A stretch of 64,000 nucleotides of DNA from Chiloscyllium plagiosum (lineage: Eukaryota), in the NCBI RefSeq assembly GCF_004010195.1, contig NW_025215113.1, positions 1 through 64,000 on the forward strand. Direction: 5' to 3'. The position numbers and the translations under genes are program-made. The notes under the pieces are model-generated. The model was not told where the DNA came from and searched no databases. It was given only the letters and a program-made list of their open reading frames with translations. This document shows, piece by piece, positions 1-12,730 of this stretch. Numbering within the stretch: position 1 is the stretch's first letter; the number at the start of each line of letters is the position of its first letter.

Positions 1-20
1 CACTGTGCCACGTGCCGCCC
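1..20 (-). mobile_element. 5' tip of HE1-type SINE, cut by window edge
   Basis: cactgtgccacgtgccgccc nearly matches the head of the full copy at 3242-3262. Confidence 0.75.
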
Positions 21-24
21 ACTG

Positions 25-356
25 GCACAGAATTCATCAAAGATCCTTCGACAGTACCTTCAAAACCCATGACTACTTCTATCTGGAAAGACATGGGCAG
101 CAGTTACGTGGAAACACCACCAGCTGCAAGTTCCCTCCAAGCCACTCTCCATCCTGACTTAGAAAGACATCAGAATTCCTTGGGTGTCACTGGATCAAAA
201 TAGTGGAATTCCCTCCCCAATGGCATTGAACTACATTACATGAACTGCAGCAGTTAAAGAAGATAGCTCACCACCAACTTCCCAAGTGCAGCTAAGGATG
301 AGCAATAAATGCTGGCCAGTCAGCAATGTCCACATCTCATGAGTGAATAAAAAACA
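25..356 (+). mobile_element. 3' end of CR1/L2-group LINE (same family as 24255-25155)
   Basis: Colinear with 24850-25155; ends gcaataaatgctggcc...cacatctcatgagtgaataaaaaa. Confidence 0.8.
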
Positions 357-1339
357 AATTCTGACTGGAACAGCATTGGCTTGTGTTTCTGGTGTAGGTC
401 AATGGTTAGAACCCAGAAGTAGGAGTGTTAGCCATTTTTTTTTTCAATTCTCTCTGTTAAATCCACAAATATTATTTCAGCACCCCTAGTAGTATTTCTG
501 AGGCACTTGTATATATGTTGCTGTTACTGTAAGTTCAAATTCAGAATTGCCAGTCAACACAAATAGCAATTACCTTATAATCACCTGTGTTAAAGGATAT
601 TTTACATATTTGCTTAATTCACTTATTGTGTATGTAGGAAAAATGATTTGATAACAGGGTCTTTTTTTCTGTCAGACTGTTCAAATCATTAATCCTATTT
701 TCTTGATTCCAATTTGAATTGGTCTTTGTAAAAACCTTAAGGAAACATTTCCTATTTTGCCGTCCAGTTGATCTTGCTCGACAGTTCTAAACTGCATAAC
801 CTTCCTTATTGATGAAATGCTTGTTTAAAGTTACTTCCACTTTGTTGAAATGGTTGATGCGATATATTGGAATACTTCAACATGCAAGTGAAGCAAGCTA
901 ACAAAAGGTAGACTGTCCTATTACTGAATTTACATATCTTGTTGGATGCTTTGCACTTTAATACACAGTTGTATAAAAACTTTTTGGAAAAGTTTCCTTT
1001 TTTGCAATATTTACTCTGTGCAATAAAAAACCCAAAACATCCCAAAATTCTCAAATTGATTAAGGATGGAAAGGTTTCCAGTCAGACTTTGGGCAGAATT
1101 CAGTTTTTTTTCTGGGATCCCACACTGGTTTTATTAGCTTTCAGGGATTTCTGGCAGGGGATTTTGGATGGATCTCTTGTTGGCCTCTTCTACATGCAGT
1201 GGGCAAGCCCTGCAGAGCTCTGACTTTTCCTGAAAATCTTATACCCTTATTTGGCACCAGTGGAATTCAGGCCAATTGATAGTTGGTGAGAATCCTGCTG
1301 GCAGATTTAAAGGGGTCTCAAAATTTGACTAAGGAAATC

Positions 1340-1560
1340 ATCTTACAAGCAATTAGTTGTGGTCACTGTTGGTATGTAGGAAAAATGATATTGAAGTTCC
1401 ACACAGAGAGATCTCACAAACTGCACTAAGGTAATGGCTACATAATCTGCTTCAGTGATGAGTTGTTTGAGCGATAAATGTTGACTCGGGTAAACCCTCT
1501 TGCTCTTTTTTGAAATTGTATCACAGGATCATTTATGTTCACCCAGTAAAGCATAGGCAC
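1340..1560 (-). mobile_element. Degenerate Deu-domain SINE (SacSINE1/AmnSINE1-like)
   Basis: Reverse complement resembles the Deu core also seen at 32095-32607. Confidence 0.6.
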
Positions 1561-2337
1561 CAGCTAGTAGATCAAGGGTCACTAAAGGAAAGCTTGAGAA
1601 ACATTCAAACCCTTACAGATGATTGCATGACTTATCTGGTGTTATCTGGCAGTTTCTGTTACATCCCCCCATAAATTTTCAACTGGTTTCTGTGGGAAAT
1701 GGATTATAGAAGGGCTGGGAATGAAAATACTTTGGCTACATCTGAAGCAGGGATCAATTTTAACTTGCATCACAATCCATTGCTCAAATGAATTAGGACT
1801 GAAGTCCCTGAGTCAATATGTCAAGAGGATTCTTCTGAATGAGATATTATTTGTGCAGTCACTGGGACCAGTGGTATAAGGAAGAGCAACCTGCAAAAGA
1901 TAGATTTTTATTTTACATACTTTAAGAAGCAAATGTAATAAAAATAGTTGGGCGTAATACAAAATTAGCTCAAAGCTAGGGACTGGATGGACTGTCCTCA
2001 AGTAATGAGTTGGAAATTCACCAGAGTCCTTAGGATTTTGATATTATTCTCTGGGGATCCTGGAAAGTGTGGAAACATTATCAACATCCTCAAGATCATA
2101 ACAATATTCATGAAAGGTCTTCAGGAGTAGATCAGATTTTTCATGGTTTTCTCAGTAACATTTAAAAAGGGTCCCTGTGATGGAGTAATGTTTTCTGAAG
2201 GCTCACAGCATTGTGTTGATATTAGAAAGTGGTGTCAGATATTGTCAATGCTCTCAGGGCTCCTTTGGGAATGAACTAGTAGTTGGTTGGGAAGGTAGTG
2301 GTAACTATAAATATATGGCCCAAAACCCAAATTAATT

Positions 2338-2928
2338 AGTCATATAGTCACAGAGATATATAGCACAGAAACAGACCCTTCAGTCCAACTCGTCCATGCT
2401 GACTAGCTATCCTGAATTAATCTAATCCCATTTTAGATTAGATTAGATTACAGTGTGGAAACAGGCCCTTCGGCCCAACAAGTCCACACCGACCCGCCGA
2501 AGAGAAACCCACCCATACCCCTACATTTGCCAACACTTGCTCCATATCCCTCTAAACCATTCCTATTCATGTACCCATGCCTATTAAATGTTATAATTGT
2601 ACCAGCCTCCACCACTTCCTCTCGCAGCTCATTCCATATACGCACCACCCACTGCATGAAAAGGTTAACCCTTAGGTCCCTTTTAAATCTTTCCCCTCTC
2701 ATCCTAAACTTATGCCCTCTAGTTCTGGACTCCCCCAAACCAGGGAAAAGTCTATTCACCCTATCCATGCCCCTCATGATTTTATAAACCTCTGTAAGGT
2801 CACTCCTCAGCCTCCGACACTTCAGAGAAAACAGCCCCAGCCTATTCAGCCTCTCTCTATAGCTCAAACTCTCCAACTCTGGCAACATTCTTGTAAAACT
2901 TTTCTGAACCCTGTCAAGTTTCACAACT
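2338..2928 (-). mobile_element. 5'-truncated CR1 (HER1-like) LINE
   Basis: ORF 2448-2924 gives LDRVQKSFTRMLPELESLSYRERLNRLGLFSL...DLTEVYKIMRG, the CR1 ORF2 C-terminus, followed by a typical 3' UTR. Confidence 0.92.
2434..2523 (-). mobile_element. Short HE1/HER1 3'-tail fragment nested in the CR1
   Basis: (tagat)n acagtgtggaaacaggcccttcggcccaacaagtcc is near-identical to 2950-3040 and is flanked by cattt/cattt, a possible TSD. Confidence 0.8.
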
Positions 2929-2949
2929 TGGAGGAGGGAGATACTTTTT

Positions 2950-3262
2950 TAGATTAGATTAGATTAGATTACTTACAGTGTGGAAACAGGCCCTTCGGCC
3001 CAACAAGTCCACACCGACCCACCGAAGCGCAACCCACCCATTTACCCCTTTAACCTAACACTACGGGCAATTTAGCATGGCCAATTCACCTGACCTGCAC
3101 ATCTTTGGACTGTGGGAGGAAACCGGAGCACCCGGAGGAAACCCACGCAGACACGGGGAGAATGTGCAAACTCCACACAGTCAGTCGTCTGAGTCGGGAA
3201 TTGAACCCGGGTCTCTGGCGCTGTGAGGCAGCAGTGCTAACCACTGTGCCACCGTGCCGCCC
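2950..3262 (-). mobile_element. Full-length young HE1-type V-SINE
   Basis: tRNA-like head GGGCGGCACGGTGGCACAGTGG...GGGTTCAATTCC with A/B boxes, V-domain GGAGTTTGCACATTCTCCCCGTGTCTGCGTGGGTTTCCTCC and an (ATCTA)n tail. Confidence 0.93.
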
Positions 3263-3570
3263 AATACTCTGAAGACATGGGCTCAAACCCTACCAGTGAG
3301 TAATATTCAATAATTAAAATCAATTTGGAATTCTAAGCTCATTCCCAGAAACATTAACCATGAAACTGTCATCATTTGTGGTTCATCAATGTTCTTAGGA
3401 TCAGGAAATGAAGGAAATCTCCCATTCTTATCTGATCTGGCCTACACGTGACTCCATACCCATAGCAAAGAGATTAATTAACTCTTATCTGCTCTAAAGG
3501 AGAATTAGGGACTAACAACAAATTTAGAAATGCCACTGATGGCCACATCCATGAAGAAATGAGAAGAAAA
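3263..3570 (+). mobile_element. tRNA-derived SINE, family B (shares tail with CR1/L2-group LINE)
   Basis: Core gaaggaaatct...tctggcctacacgtgactcca is shared with the copies at 26303, 31570 and 53165. Confidence 0.75.
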
Positions 3571-3631
3571 GGCGCAAAGCAATTTCTTAGCAGTGAGGCA
3601 ATCTTAAGGAGTTATCAGCAGAGGGGCATGA

Positions 3632-3715
3632 TCTGGTTAGCTCAGGTGGCTTAACAGCTAGTCTGTGGCACAGATTATTGCCAACAAGGTCTGCCTCGTC
3701 ACCCAACCTCAAAAA
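3632..3715 (+). mobile_element. tRNA-derived SINE, family C, partial
   Basis: Head ggttagctcaggtggcttaacagctagtctgt resembles 46374-46587. Confidence 0.55.
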
Positions 3716-3997
3716 AATGAAATGGTACTTTGCTGTGGTTCAATAAACACTCGTTAATAACCTGCCTGTAGGCAATACATTGAAGAAGAAACAAGCTTTG
3801 CAAAATATTGTTTTAAGTACTTGAACCACTGAAAAATCATCTTTATTAAACATATACATACACTTTTCAATTTTGGATATTCTGTTTGAATAAATTGTAG
3901 AACATCAACGTCCAGGTACAATATGGTTTCAATGAAACCACCTTTTCCAGTTGCCACAGGGAGTCAATGTAATTTTTGATAAACATTGCAGCTGATA

Positions 3998-4132
3998 GAA
4001 AAGCAAATTACTGCGGATGCTAGAATCTGAAACCAAAAGAGAAATTGCTGGAAAATCTCAGCAGGTCGGGCAGCATGTGTAAGGATAGAAAAGAGCTGAC
4101 GTTTCGAGTCTAACTGACCCTTTGTCAAAGCT
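3998..4132 (-). mobile_element. Penelope-like element terminal-repeat fragment
   Basis: ctgcggatgctagaatctgaaac...gctggaaaatctcagcaggtc motif, which at 22680 is contiguous with GIY-YIG coding sequence. Confidence 0.75.
4094..4132 (-). ncRNA. Minimal type I hammerhead ribozyme motif, U3:A8 variant
   Basis: Minus strand reads AGCU-UUGACAA-A-GGGUC-AGUUA-GACUC-GAAACGUC-AGCU: 4-bp helix I, 5-bp helix II and a palindromic ACGU in place of helix III. Confidence 0.7.
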
Positions 4133-7100
4133 AAAATAGCTGATATAGCCTATTACACAATTTCGGCAATAAGTATCTTCAGACAGTGACTGCAGTTCAT
4201 GACAAATCTGAAACTCTTGCTTGTGTTGCAGTGTGAAGGCATCCTCCCACCCAATTTTATTCATCATGCATGTGCAGAGCAGAAAGCAATAAAATTAAGA
4301 AATAACCATTCTTTAATCACAGTTTAAGTAGCTAGAACCCAACTGCCTTTTATGGCTAAATCAACAGCCAAACAAACGATACGAAAAAAAAAGAGATCTC
4401 AGTTTAATCTCAATCTGATCACCCAGTCTTTCTCACTCCAATCACAGCCTTGTGTGTGAGATCTTTCTGCTGGCATTTCTCATTTAATTAAAGTAGACGT
4501 TGACAGAAGGACATGGATTAGGCCTGTAATGATGCATTTACTTAGATTAAACGGAGTCTCCTTTTGGAGTAATAGCTCAAACAAAGAACAAAAGGAAATT
4601 GTTATGAAACAGCCTTTTATCCTAGGCAAAGGTCACATTGTAAGGTTTTTAATTTTGTCAGCCGCTGTTAATCTGGTCTACGCTGATGGAACACGAGAAG
4701 CGCATTTCAAAGCCAGTTATCATAATACAGCCATTAAACCTGCAAATTAAAATGTCTGATTTTACACAGGTTGCTTGGATTCAAAACCTCTAATTAGCAT
4801 GTGGTGCGGAGTTTTTTTGTGTGAGGAGAGAGGGGCTGAGGGAAATGCTAATGACTTGCTGCCAGGTGACCATTACGCTCTGTGTGTTAAAAAGGGAAAC
4901 CTCTGAACCAAGCTGAACACTTTAAAAGATGTCACTTTTTCCACTCATTTCACCCTGTTATTCTTCCTCCCTAATAGCACTAACTACTATTAAAAGTCTC
5001 CTTAAAAAAAAGCAAAGATTGTGGAGGGAAGGAGGCATCAGCTAGAATCAAGAAAAGGCTGAAAGATCATGTTCATAGGGAAGGATGGAAAGACAAGTTC
5101 GATGGTTGGTACATTAAATAGAAGCAAGGAAAAGAACAGGCCAGGAGTGAAGATGGGCAGCATATGCCAGCATAATCTGTATGGAGAACGGACCTGGGGT
5201 GAGGAAGAGGAATAACAAGGACACATGATGTGTGGAGCAACTTGTGCTCAGGAAAAGAGGAGAGTTATGAGTTAAGGGAGGATGAAATAAGGTGGTGCTT
5301 AGAGGTGAAACAGCAGAATGAGAAAGATCAAGAGAAGGCTAAACAAAGTTGCATTGAGGGGACAGAAAGAAGTGAGAGGAAAAGAGGACTGAGCAGAATC
5401 ACAATGAAAGGACACAGAGAGCTGAAATTGGCCCCGCAAATCTGGCAAGGTATTTATGATAGCCTTTTACTTCATAGCTGCCATCTTTATTTCCAGTACT
5501 TGTGGGAAATTAACTGCACATGTGTACAATTCAATATGAACACCATCCCATAGACATCTGATGCCTTGGGAAGTGGATGGCACAGTGTGGGTAATGAATC
5601 ATATCGAACAGGTTTGTTTTCTGGCCTATGCTGAGCTGGTCAATCTCAAGAGAGTTCTGCAAGTGCATAATTGGCTTTGGCACACCTTTTCTAAGGCAAA
5701 AAAAGTCAACCAAGGTTCCCACTGTCAACCATCATCCACTATCATGAAATGCATAAATGTGGAGATCAGCTGACAACTAGTTTATCTGTGATAACTCCAG
5801 CAGTTGAATAATCTGCTACTAAGTGTTTGAGCAGATGTATCCAGTTATGAAAAACTCTTATAACTAGTCAGCATCCATGAAATTATATCCCAGCAATAGT
5901 CAGAACCACAATTAGAGAAATTAAGAATGTACAAGTAATTAAATATGTATAAAACAGCACCCGGATCTTTTGCATTGTATACTGGTAATTTCCCACGTTG
6001 TTGCAGACAGTAAATAAGGTGCTAAACTCTTTTTTTCAAGAGTAGAAGTGTTATATCATGTAATGCATAAGGTGTGTAATTCTTCCGAGCTGCAATAGAG
6101 ATTTTTTAAGATTAGAGTTTAATTATTGTCAGGCAAATAGAGGCACATGTTATTCAGCTTTTGATTGGTGTTTGTCCATGCAGATTATCATGTGCTCATC
6201 AGTCTCAGATTGCATATGAGAAGTACACATTAGAAGCACCTAGCTTTTTAAGATTATTTTGTATGTATAATGATGTATGACGTTTGGAGTGTAAGGTCTG
6301 CATTTTGCCACTGTTGCCACTTTCATCTGACACCAGTTTCATATGGTGTTGCTCGCAATAGGGCAGGGGTGACATTACAAAACTAAAATGCAATATTTTA
6401 ATAAAATACAGCCCTTGACGTCTCAAGGAAACACAGACTGATTGTTAATAAGCAAAAACATGATCAGATCAGAAAATGTTTAACTGTTGCTTGGTTGGAA
6501 TATTTGTTAACTATAAAAGGCCTGTTCCTTTTTTGGCTCAGGTCAAGATTCCCCCACCTTCAGTACTGGTTGTTCTTTTTTTCTCTCTTCTTTCAGTTTG
6601 TACTTGTAACAGAGTGTGACACTTGGTCCACACTGCAGCATTGATTTTATGTTACAAGTGGAACTCCTGTGGTATTGGTCACAATAAATTGGATTGATAT
6701 TCTGTTTGGAATGACATATTCTGTGGTGCCTTGTCCCTTTAAGAGTGAGGCTTATAGTTATTATTTTGGCTCCCTATCCTTCTGACTGATGTTACAAAGC
6801 CTCCTTGAGTGCAGTCAATGAACTATAGTGAGGCCTCCTGAAATTCACTCTTTTATCACACAAACACTTCCTCACCAAACAACAAGCCAGCTGAAATCAG
6901 GAGCTCACCTGGTAAAAAGTGATGGCTGCTACTCAACATCTCATTATCACTGAACTGCTAACAGGATTGGATTTGGGTATTTTCAAGTGAAAAATGAGTC
7001 TATGTTTGCTGGTGTAACAGTTAGGAGTTGAATCTATGAAGCCCACTTGAAATTGACATATACTAAATCGACACAGGCTCAGAAGAGTAACATGACAGCT

Positions 7101-7274
7101 TCAAGCAATTCTGTTCTGTGTCAATATATACACAGGGGACATGAAGTAGCCCACAACCCCCATCACTGTGCTCCCTCCAACCTCCAATCATTTGCCCCTC
7201 ACACAGCCACCATTCTATTTCATCTTCTATCTCTACTAATAAATGTAAATAAAAGAAATTGGCCAGTGCTCTAT

Positions 7275-7331
7275 GGTAAAGGTTAATTACACATTGGTAA
7301 AGGTTAATTACACAACGGTAAAGGTTAATTA
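7275..7331. repeat. 21-bp tandem repeat, about 2.7 copies
   Basis: ggtaaaggttaatta begins at 7275, 7296 and 7317. Confidence 0.95.
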
Positions 7332-8875
7332 TGGTGCTTTTATTTTATGAGTGTGAAACACCCGTAACTGACAGGTGATGAAATCATGCACAATGTCTTT
7401 CTGACTGATCTAACCCCAGCAATCAGCTTCTAATGATGTCAGTTTGAGTTTGCTGTGTGTCACTTTGTGACTCGCTGCTGTTTGAAACATGGCACCATGC
7501 TGGTTTGAAACGAACAAGCTATTACTCGGCCCTGGATACAATGCAGCTAAGACATTACTATGTGTGCATGGTACATCATTTTTGTGTTGCATTGTGGTGA
7601 ATCGTATACTATGGAAGTACCCCCCTGAACCAGAAAACATCTTGAGTAACTAATCACATTTATCATTAATGAATTTCCAAACCGATGATGGCTTGGACTG
7701 CAAGCTTTGTAGGAGCTTTACTGTACAGTAAATTATTTTGCAGTTTAAAAAGGAATGCAATGTCTGAGGGTGCAAATAATGTAATCAATAACTGCACCTT
7801 CTCTTAAAATATTTGGAGTTAGTTTTGACTTTGGGCTGCCCATTATACACTATCAATGCAGATACACAACTACCTGATCTAAATTCATACATTTTATTTA
7901 CATCATTACTCAAAGTCAAAATTACACCATTGGAATTGAAATTAAAGTATAAAACTGTGTTATACAAGTATTTCCTGTTAGCCCATGTTGACAGCTGTTG
8001 GAGCTAAATATTCAGAAAACTGTTTCTGGCTCTTCCCAAAGCTGGACCCATTTGAAAACTAGCCAGTAAAGCCATTATATTCATCAGATCACTTTAACTA
8101 AAGAGACAGCAGATGGGGGAAAAAAACTTATTTCAGAAACCAAATTGCTAGTTATGTATATGAGCTATATTTCAGAATTGGTGCAGTTACAGCATATTGT
8201 TTCTTTGTATTATTTTACTTCTGTAGTGTTAATGCAGAGAAACCCTTTTCAACTATTCTACTTCATGTGAATATTGTAGAAACCACAGAAACAATGTAAC
8301 TGGAGCCATATAGATAGGGGGTTGGGAAAGTTCTTGCTAAAACAGAAGTATCATTAAAAGAAAAGCCTAACATTTTCTCCAACCCATTCAATCAGCTTCT
8401 GACAGTATAAAAGATGAAAGTACAGTAAATCTGCTCATATGGTGATGGACATTGTCTCCATATTTCTATCCATTTCCCTCAGAGAACTCCCTTCTTTTCC
8501 TTCAATTTCTGTTAATTCCCAAGCATTTATCTTTCTATTATTCTGTTGGCATTTCAGACCAAACTTAAGGGATGAATTTATTCTGTTACATTTATAACAA
8601 AGCTTTCAGAAGCAATTCCTCTTTGCAAAATATGCATTAATATTTCAATGGGTTAGTGTATGCATCAAATTTGAAGGTTAAAGGAACCTGCCACTAATGG
8701 AGTAATATGATCATTGTAAGTAATGTTAAGATCAATTTGCCCAGAAAGATCCTTCGATTGTACATCTGGGAAAGCACCTTGGCATGAGCCTGATAGCTTT
8801 TCCTCTGTCCACACCCCAGTTTTGGAACATTTTCATCATCACCTCGTGGCAGATGCAGCCGTTGGCTGAACTCAC

Positions 8876-8971
8876 CTTCTTGGAAAATTGCGAGCAACAA
8901 CCTGACAGCATCATATCAGTCCAAGATTCATCGACCAAGCAGACTGTTTTACTTTGCAATCAGTACCAGAC
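8876..8971 (-). other. Candidate 96-nt non-coding exon
   Basis: Acceptor ttcactttccatgcag|GTC and donor AAG|gtgagt; stops in all three frames. Confidence 0.3.
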
Positions 8972-9739
8972 CTGCATGGAAAGTGAACTCCTAGTGCTAA
9001 AATGATGTAAAACATCTGCTTATATCAGCATTGACCTTGATATTATGTTCCTAATTAAGTGCTAAAAGGAATCTTTCACAGGGCAGAAGCTTATAGGGGT
9101 GAGATGTGGGCAGAAACAGACGAAAATCCCAACAGATCCCATTTAGACTTTGGGGGTAACTCATGCCATCTTTTATGATTTCCACAAGCTGCATTGGGAG
9201 TTTCTCACTAGGCTATAGTGAGGTGCCAGTTAAGGGGAATTAGTGCTTGCCAAGCACCTTTTGATGCCACATTTTGCATCATTAATAGTCAGCTTCTTAC
9301 CTTACCATACCTATCATACAAGGTAGACATCAAGAAAACCTGACAAGGGAAGCAGAACACTTAACTTGAGAATTCAGCTTGCCACAGGCTCCGAACAACC
9401 TCCATGTTGGATTCTGGGCATCTCCATGGGCACTGATCAATTGCAGCTCACAACCATGGGCATTGGCATCCAACATATGCCAACTTTCCAGAACTCTGAT
9501 CCACTTACAGAATGCTTCTATACTTCAAAGCTGCACCAACAACTATCAATGTAAAGCTGCAGCAAGGAAACTCTGCACTTATGAACAAGCACGCAGCTCA
9601 TGGACTGACTGGGCTGCATCTCCAGGCACTTCACTCAATGTCAAAGCTCAGTTGAGCCCTACCTGGATGCTCACACTAGCATCGCCTAGCTTTGCCTTTT
9701 TGCACTTTTCTCCCCCAGCCAGAGATACCAAACTCATAT

Positions 9740-10260
9740 TACCTTTGTTTCACCTTGCTATTTAGTGTAGGCATAATGGAAGGAAGCTTGTCATAGTTGA
9801 AATGGATGATACAGCTGTCAATCTTGGTGCAGATACAGAGGGTGTGCTGAGTGATTAGGCAGCATGGAGGGCACACAGAATTAATGGTCTCAGGGGTTGG
9901 GTGGATAGTAATGAGTGACAGAAGATGTTGCAAGCAATATTGAATATGGTGGAGCCTGAACCTTGGTTGGAAGTGGGTACAGTAACAGAGATAGACTGAG
10001 TGTGACATATTGGAGAGAAGATAGTGGCACTCATGCTGGCGGAGACAAGAAGGTTATTGAACTTCTGTTATTGACCGTGCTGGGCATTCCTCCAGATGTC
10101 TGAGATTGCACTAACCTGGGAAGCAACCGGGGACCAGTTTCGCATGGTCTGGTATTGTGGTCTCCATCCAGCAAATGTGATAGATGCCATGGGTGGAATG
10201 GATATTTAATGCAGCAAGCTTGGTCAGATATGGCAAGAGTACTCACAAAGTCTTCCAGTC
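9740..10260 (-). mobile_element. PIF/Harbinger-like remnant with decayed Myb/SANT-like segment
   Basis: Minus frame reads WSPVASQVSAISDIWRNAQHGQ*QKFNNLL; both peptide and flank are similar to 29160-29720. Confidence 0.55.
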
Positions 10261-11433
10261 AAAACCCCTCCAAAAGACTCAATGCAACTAGGACATTGCC
10301 TGTGGGCTGAATCTTGGCACTGGTTTTAGTAACAAGTCAAGCATAGAACTGCACCTAAGAGCCACAATAGGTTGGCAGCATATAAAGGATGAAGGAAAAC
10401 ATTGTTTATTATGATTTGTTATAAGTGATAGATGGAATTAAAACCCCCACCCAAACTTTACATAGCTCGAGAAATTTAACTATGTCATAATTTTCTGTAT
10501 GTTATCTTTACCTACTCAGAAACAGATCCCCCCCAACTCCCACCACCACCGTTTTCATGCACTAGTAGCAATTGAATTAAAACTTTACCACATGTATTAA
10601 CGTTAAAAAAAAATTAAGGAAAGGGTCAAGCTCAGTTGGTCTTCAAGATTTCTTTTTAAAATGGTTAGTTTCCAGCTTGTGGATAAAAAGGGTTTTATTC
10701 ATTGTATTGGATGTCATAGTTACAAAAAAAAAGGCTTGTGTTGGATCTGTTTACAGAGTTTTGATGAAAAGGCCATGTATGATCCTGAAATCTCTGATAT
10801 TACACTTGCAGAAATCATATTATTCCTTTCCTTCTTAGTTAATCTGAACCATGTCCACCATTTTCGAAATTATGAAGCTTGTAGTGTGGGACACCCATCA
10901 TCTACTGCTAGACTTGGTACCATCTGAATATATTCACTATTATATTAGTATAATAGTTGGAAAACTTCTAAGCAGTCAGTATAGAGAAACTGTGAGCCCT
11001 GGTTGAATTTCGCAAGGTCTAGCTTAAGTATTCTGCTCAACTGTGTCACATGAAGTCAGCTAATAGCACAGATCAGAGACTGAATCATGGAGGATGGAAT
11101 TTAATGTTGGCAATATTAATATTGGGCTTGCCAAGTGGATGGAGAATTGATGGGTTCCATTGGGGAACTATGTGCCCGTAAGGCACTTTTCCAAGATTCA
11201 GGTCTTAAGTGCATTAAACCTGTCCCATTAAGAGTTGCTAGCTAATCAGGGGAGGGGAGTCAATGGCAAGGAGTGAGGAATGGGGTCAAGATAAAGGGCA
11301 GGGCTATTGCTCACAACAGCTGCCACCCTTCTTCACAATGCAGACAAAGATTACCTTTGAGTGAGGGATCCTCTCAGAAGTCCATTTATCACAAATTATG
11401 TCTCTTAATCCTTAGGATTCAACATATGTATTT

Positions 11434-11850
11434 CCATAAGACAATAAGATCATAAGACACAGAGGAGCAGAAATTAGGCCACTCGGCCCATCGAATCTGC
11501 TCTACCATTCGATCAACCCTATTTTCCCACTTTCTCCCTGTAAACTTTGATCCCCTTGGCAATCAAGAACTTGTCTATCTCTGCTTTAAATGCATTCAAT
11601 TACCTGATGGCAATGAATTCCACAGATTCACCATTCTCTGGCGAAAGAAGTTTCTCCTTATCTCCGTTCTAAAAGATGTTCCCTTTATTCTAAGGCTATG
11701 CCCTCAGGTCCTCATCTCTCTTGCCAATAGAAACATTTTCCCAATGTCCACTCTGTCCAGGCCATTCAGTATTCTATAAGCTTCAGTCACATCCCTCCTC
11801 ATTCTTCTAAACTCCATTGGGTATAGTCCCAGATTCCTCAAATGTTCCCC
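11434..11850 (-). mobile_element. CR1 LINE 3' fragment
   Basis: (cataaga)n tail, ggagcagaaattaggccactcggcccatcgaatctgct and gaattccacagattcaccattctctgg. Confidence 0.85.
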
Positions 11851-12442
11851 TTCAGGCTTCCATGTACATACATTTTTCTCCCTTTTAATTCATGCCTGGA
11901 ATGCTGGATACATTTGTCACTTACTTTACAAGCCAAGCATAACCATACCCACTTGTTTTCACATATCATAAGTGTGTCATGAAGGCCATTCTTGAGTTGT
12001 CAATCTTATTAGAAGCCAGTATTGCCTGCTCAAGGCTATTGCTAATTTTTCACATTGGTATGTTTGATGCCCACTGATAGACTAATTTTCTCACTAAACT
12101 GAAGAGCATCCCAATAATAACCTGGTGAATAGCATCTTGCAATCAGCTAGCACAGAATCATTTCTTTTCCTTGTCTTTCTGCTACCATTCTGAACAAAGG
12201 TCAGAGATTAAGTGAATGGGTAAAAATGAGGAACTGGTTAGCTATTGTATAGTACTTACCAGAGATCAACATAGAAAAATTCCTGTTAATATGCTTATTA
12301 TGGTGAAGCATTCATAAAATATAGAGTTTTATTTGTAATTTAGATTTTAAGTTTGCATTTTAGTGAAACAAAGAAATCAATGAATTATTTTAGAGATTAG
12401 TGCACAGATAGTCAAAAAACATAATGGGATGAAGTATAGTTG

Positions 12443-12730
12443 CATAGATACATAGAAAATAGGTACAGGAGCAGGCCATTCAGCCTTCAAACCTGCACCA
12501 CCATTAAATATGATCATAGCTGATCATGCAATCTCAGTATCCTATTCCCACTTTCTCTCCATACCCCTTGATCCCTTTAGCCACAAGGGCTACATCCAGC
12601 TTCCTCTTGAATATATCCAATGAATTGGCACCAACAGCTCCCTCCGGCAGAGAATTCCACAGTTTCATAACTCTTGAGTGAAGAAATTCTTCCTCATCTC
12701 AGTCCTGAATGGCTTATCCTTATTCTTAAA
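12443..12730 (-). mobile_element. CR1 LINE 3' fragment
   Basis: catagaaaataggtacaggagcaggccattc...agaattccacag...gtgaagaaattcttcctcatctc. Confidence 0.85.

Noticed and set aside
1091..1273. MITE with gggcagaattc/gaattcaggcc ends; similar GC-richer patches at about 35000-35560 and 54210-54850
   Set aside because: Inverted ends are short and imperfect with no clear TSD; probably old DNA-transposon debris but not supportable by eye.
7275..7331. CRISPR-like repeat
   Set aside because: Head-to-tail 21-mers with no unique spacers, in a eukaryotic context with no cas genes.
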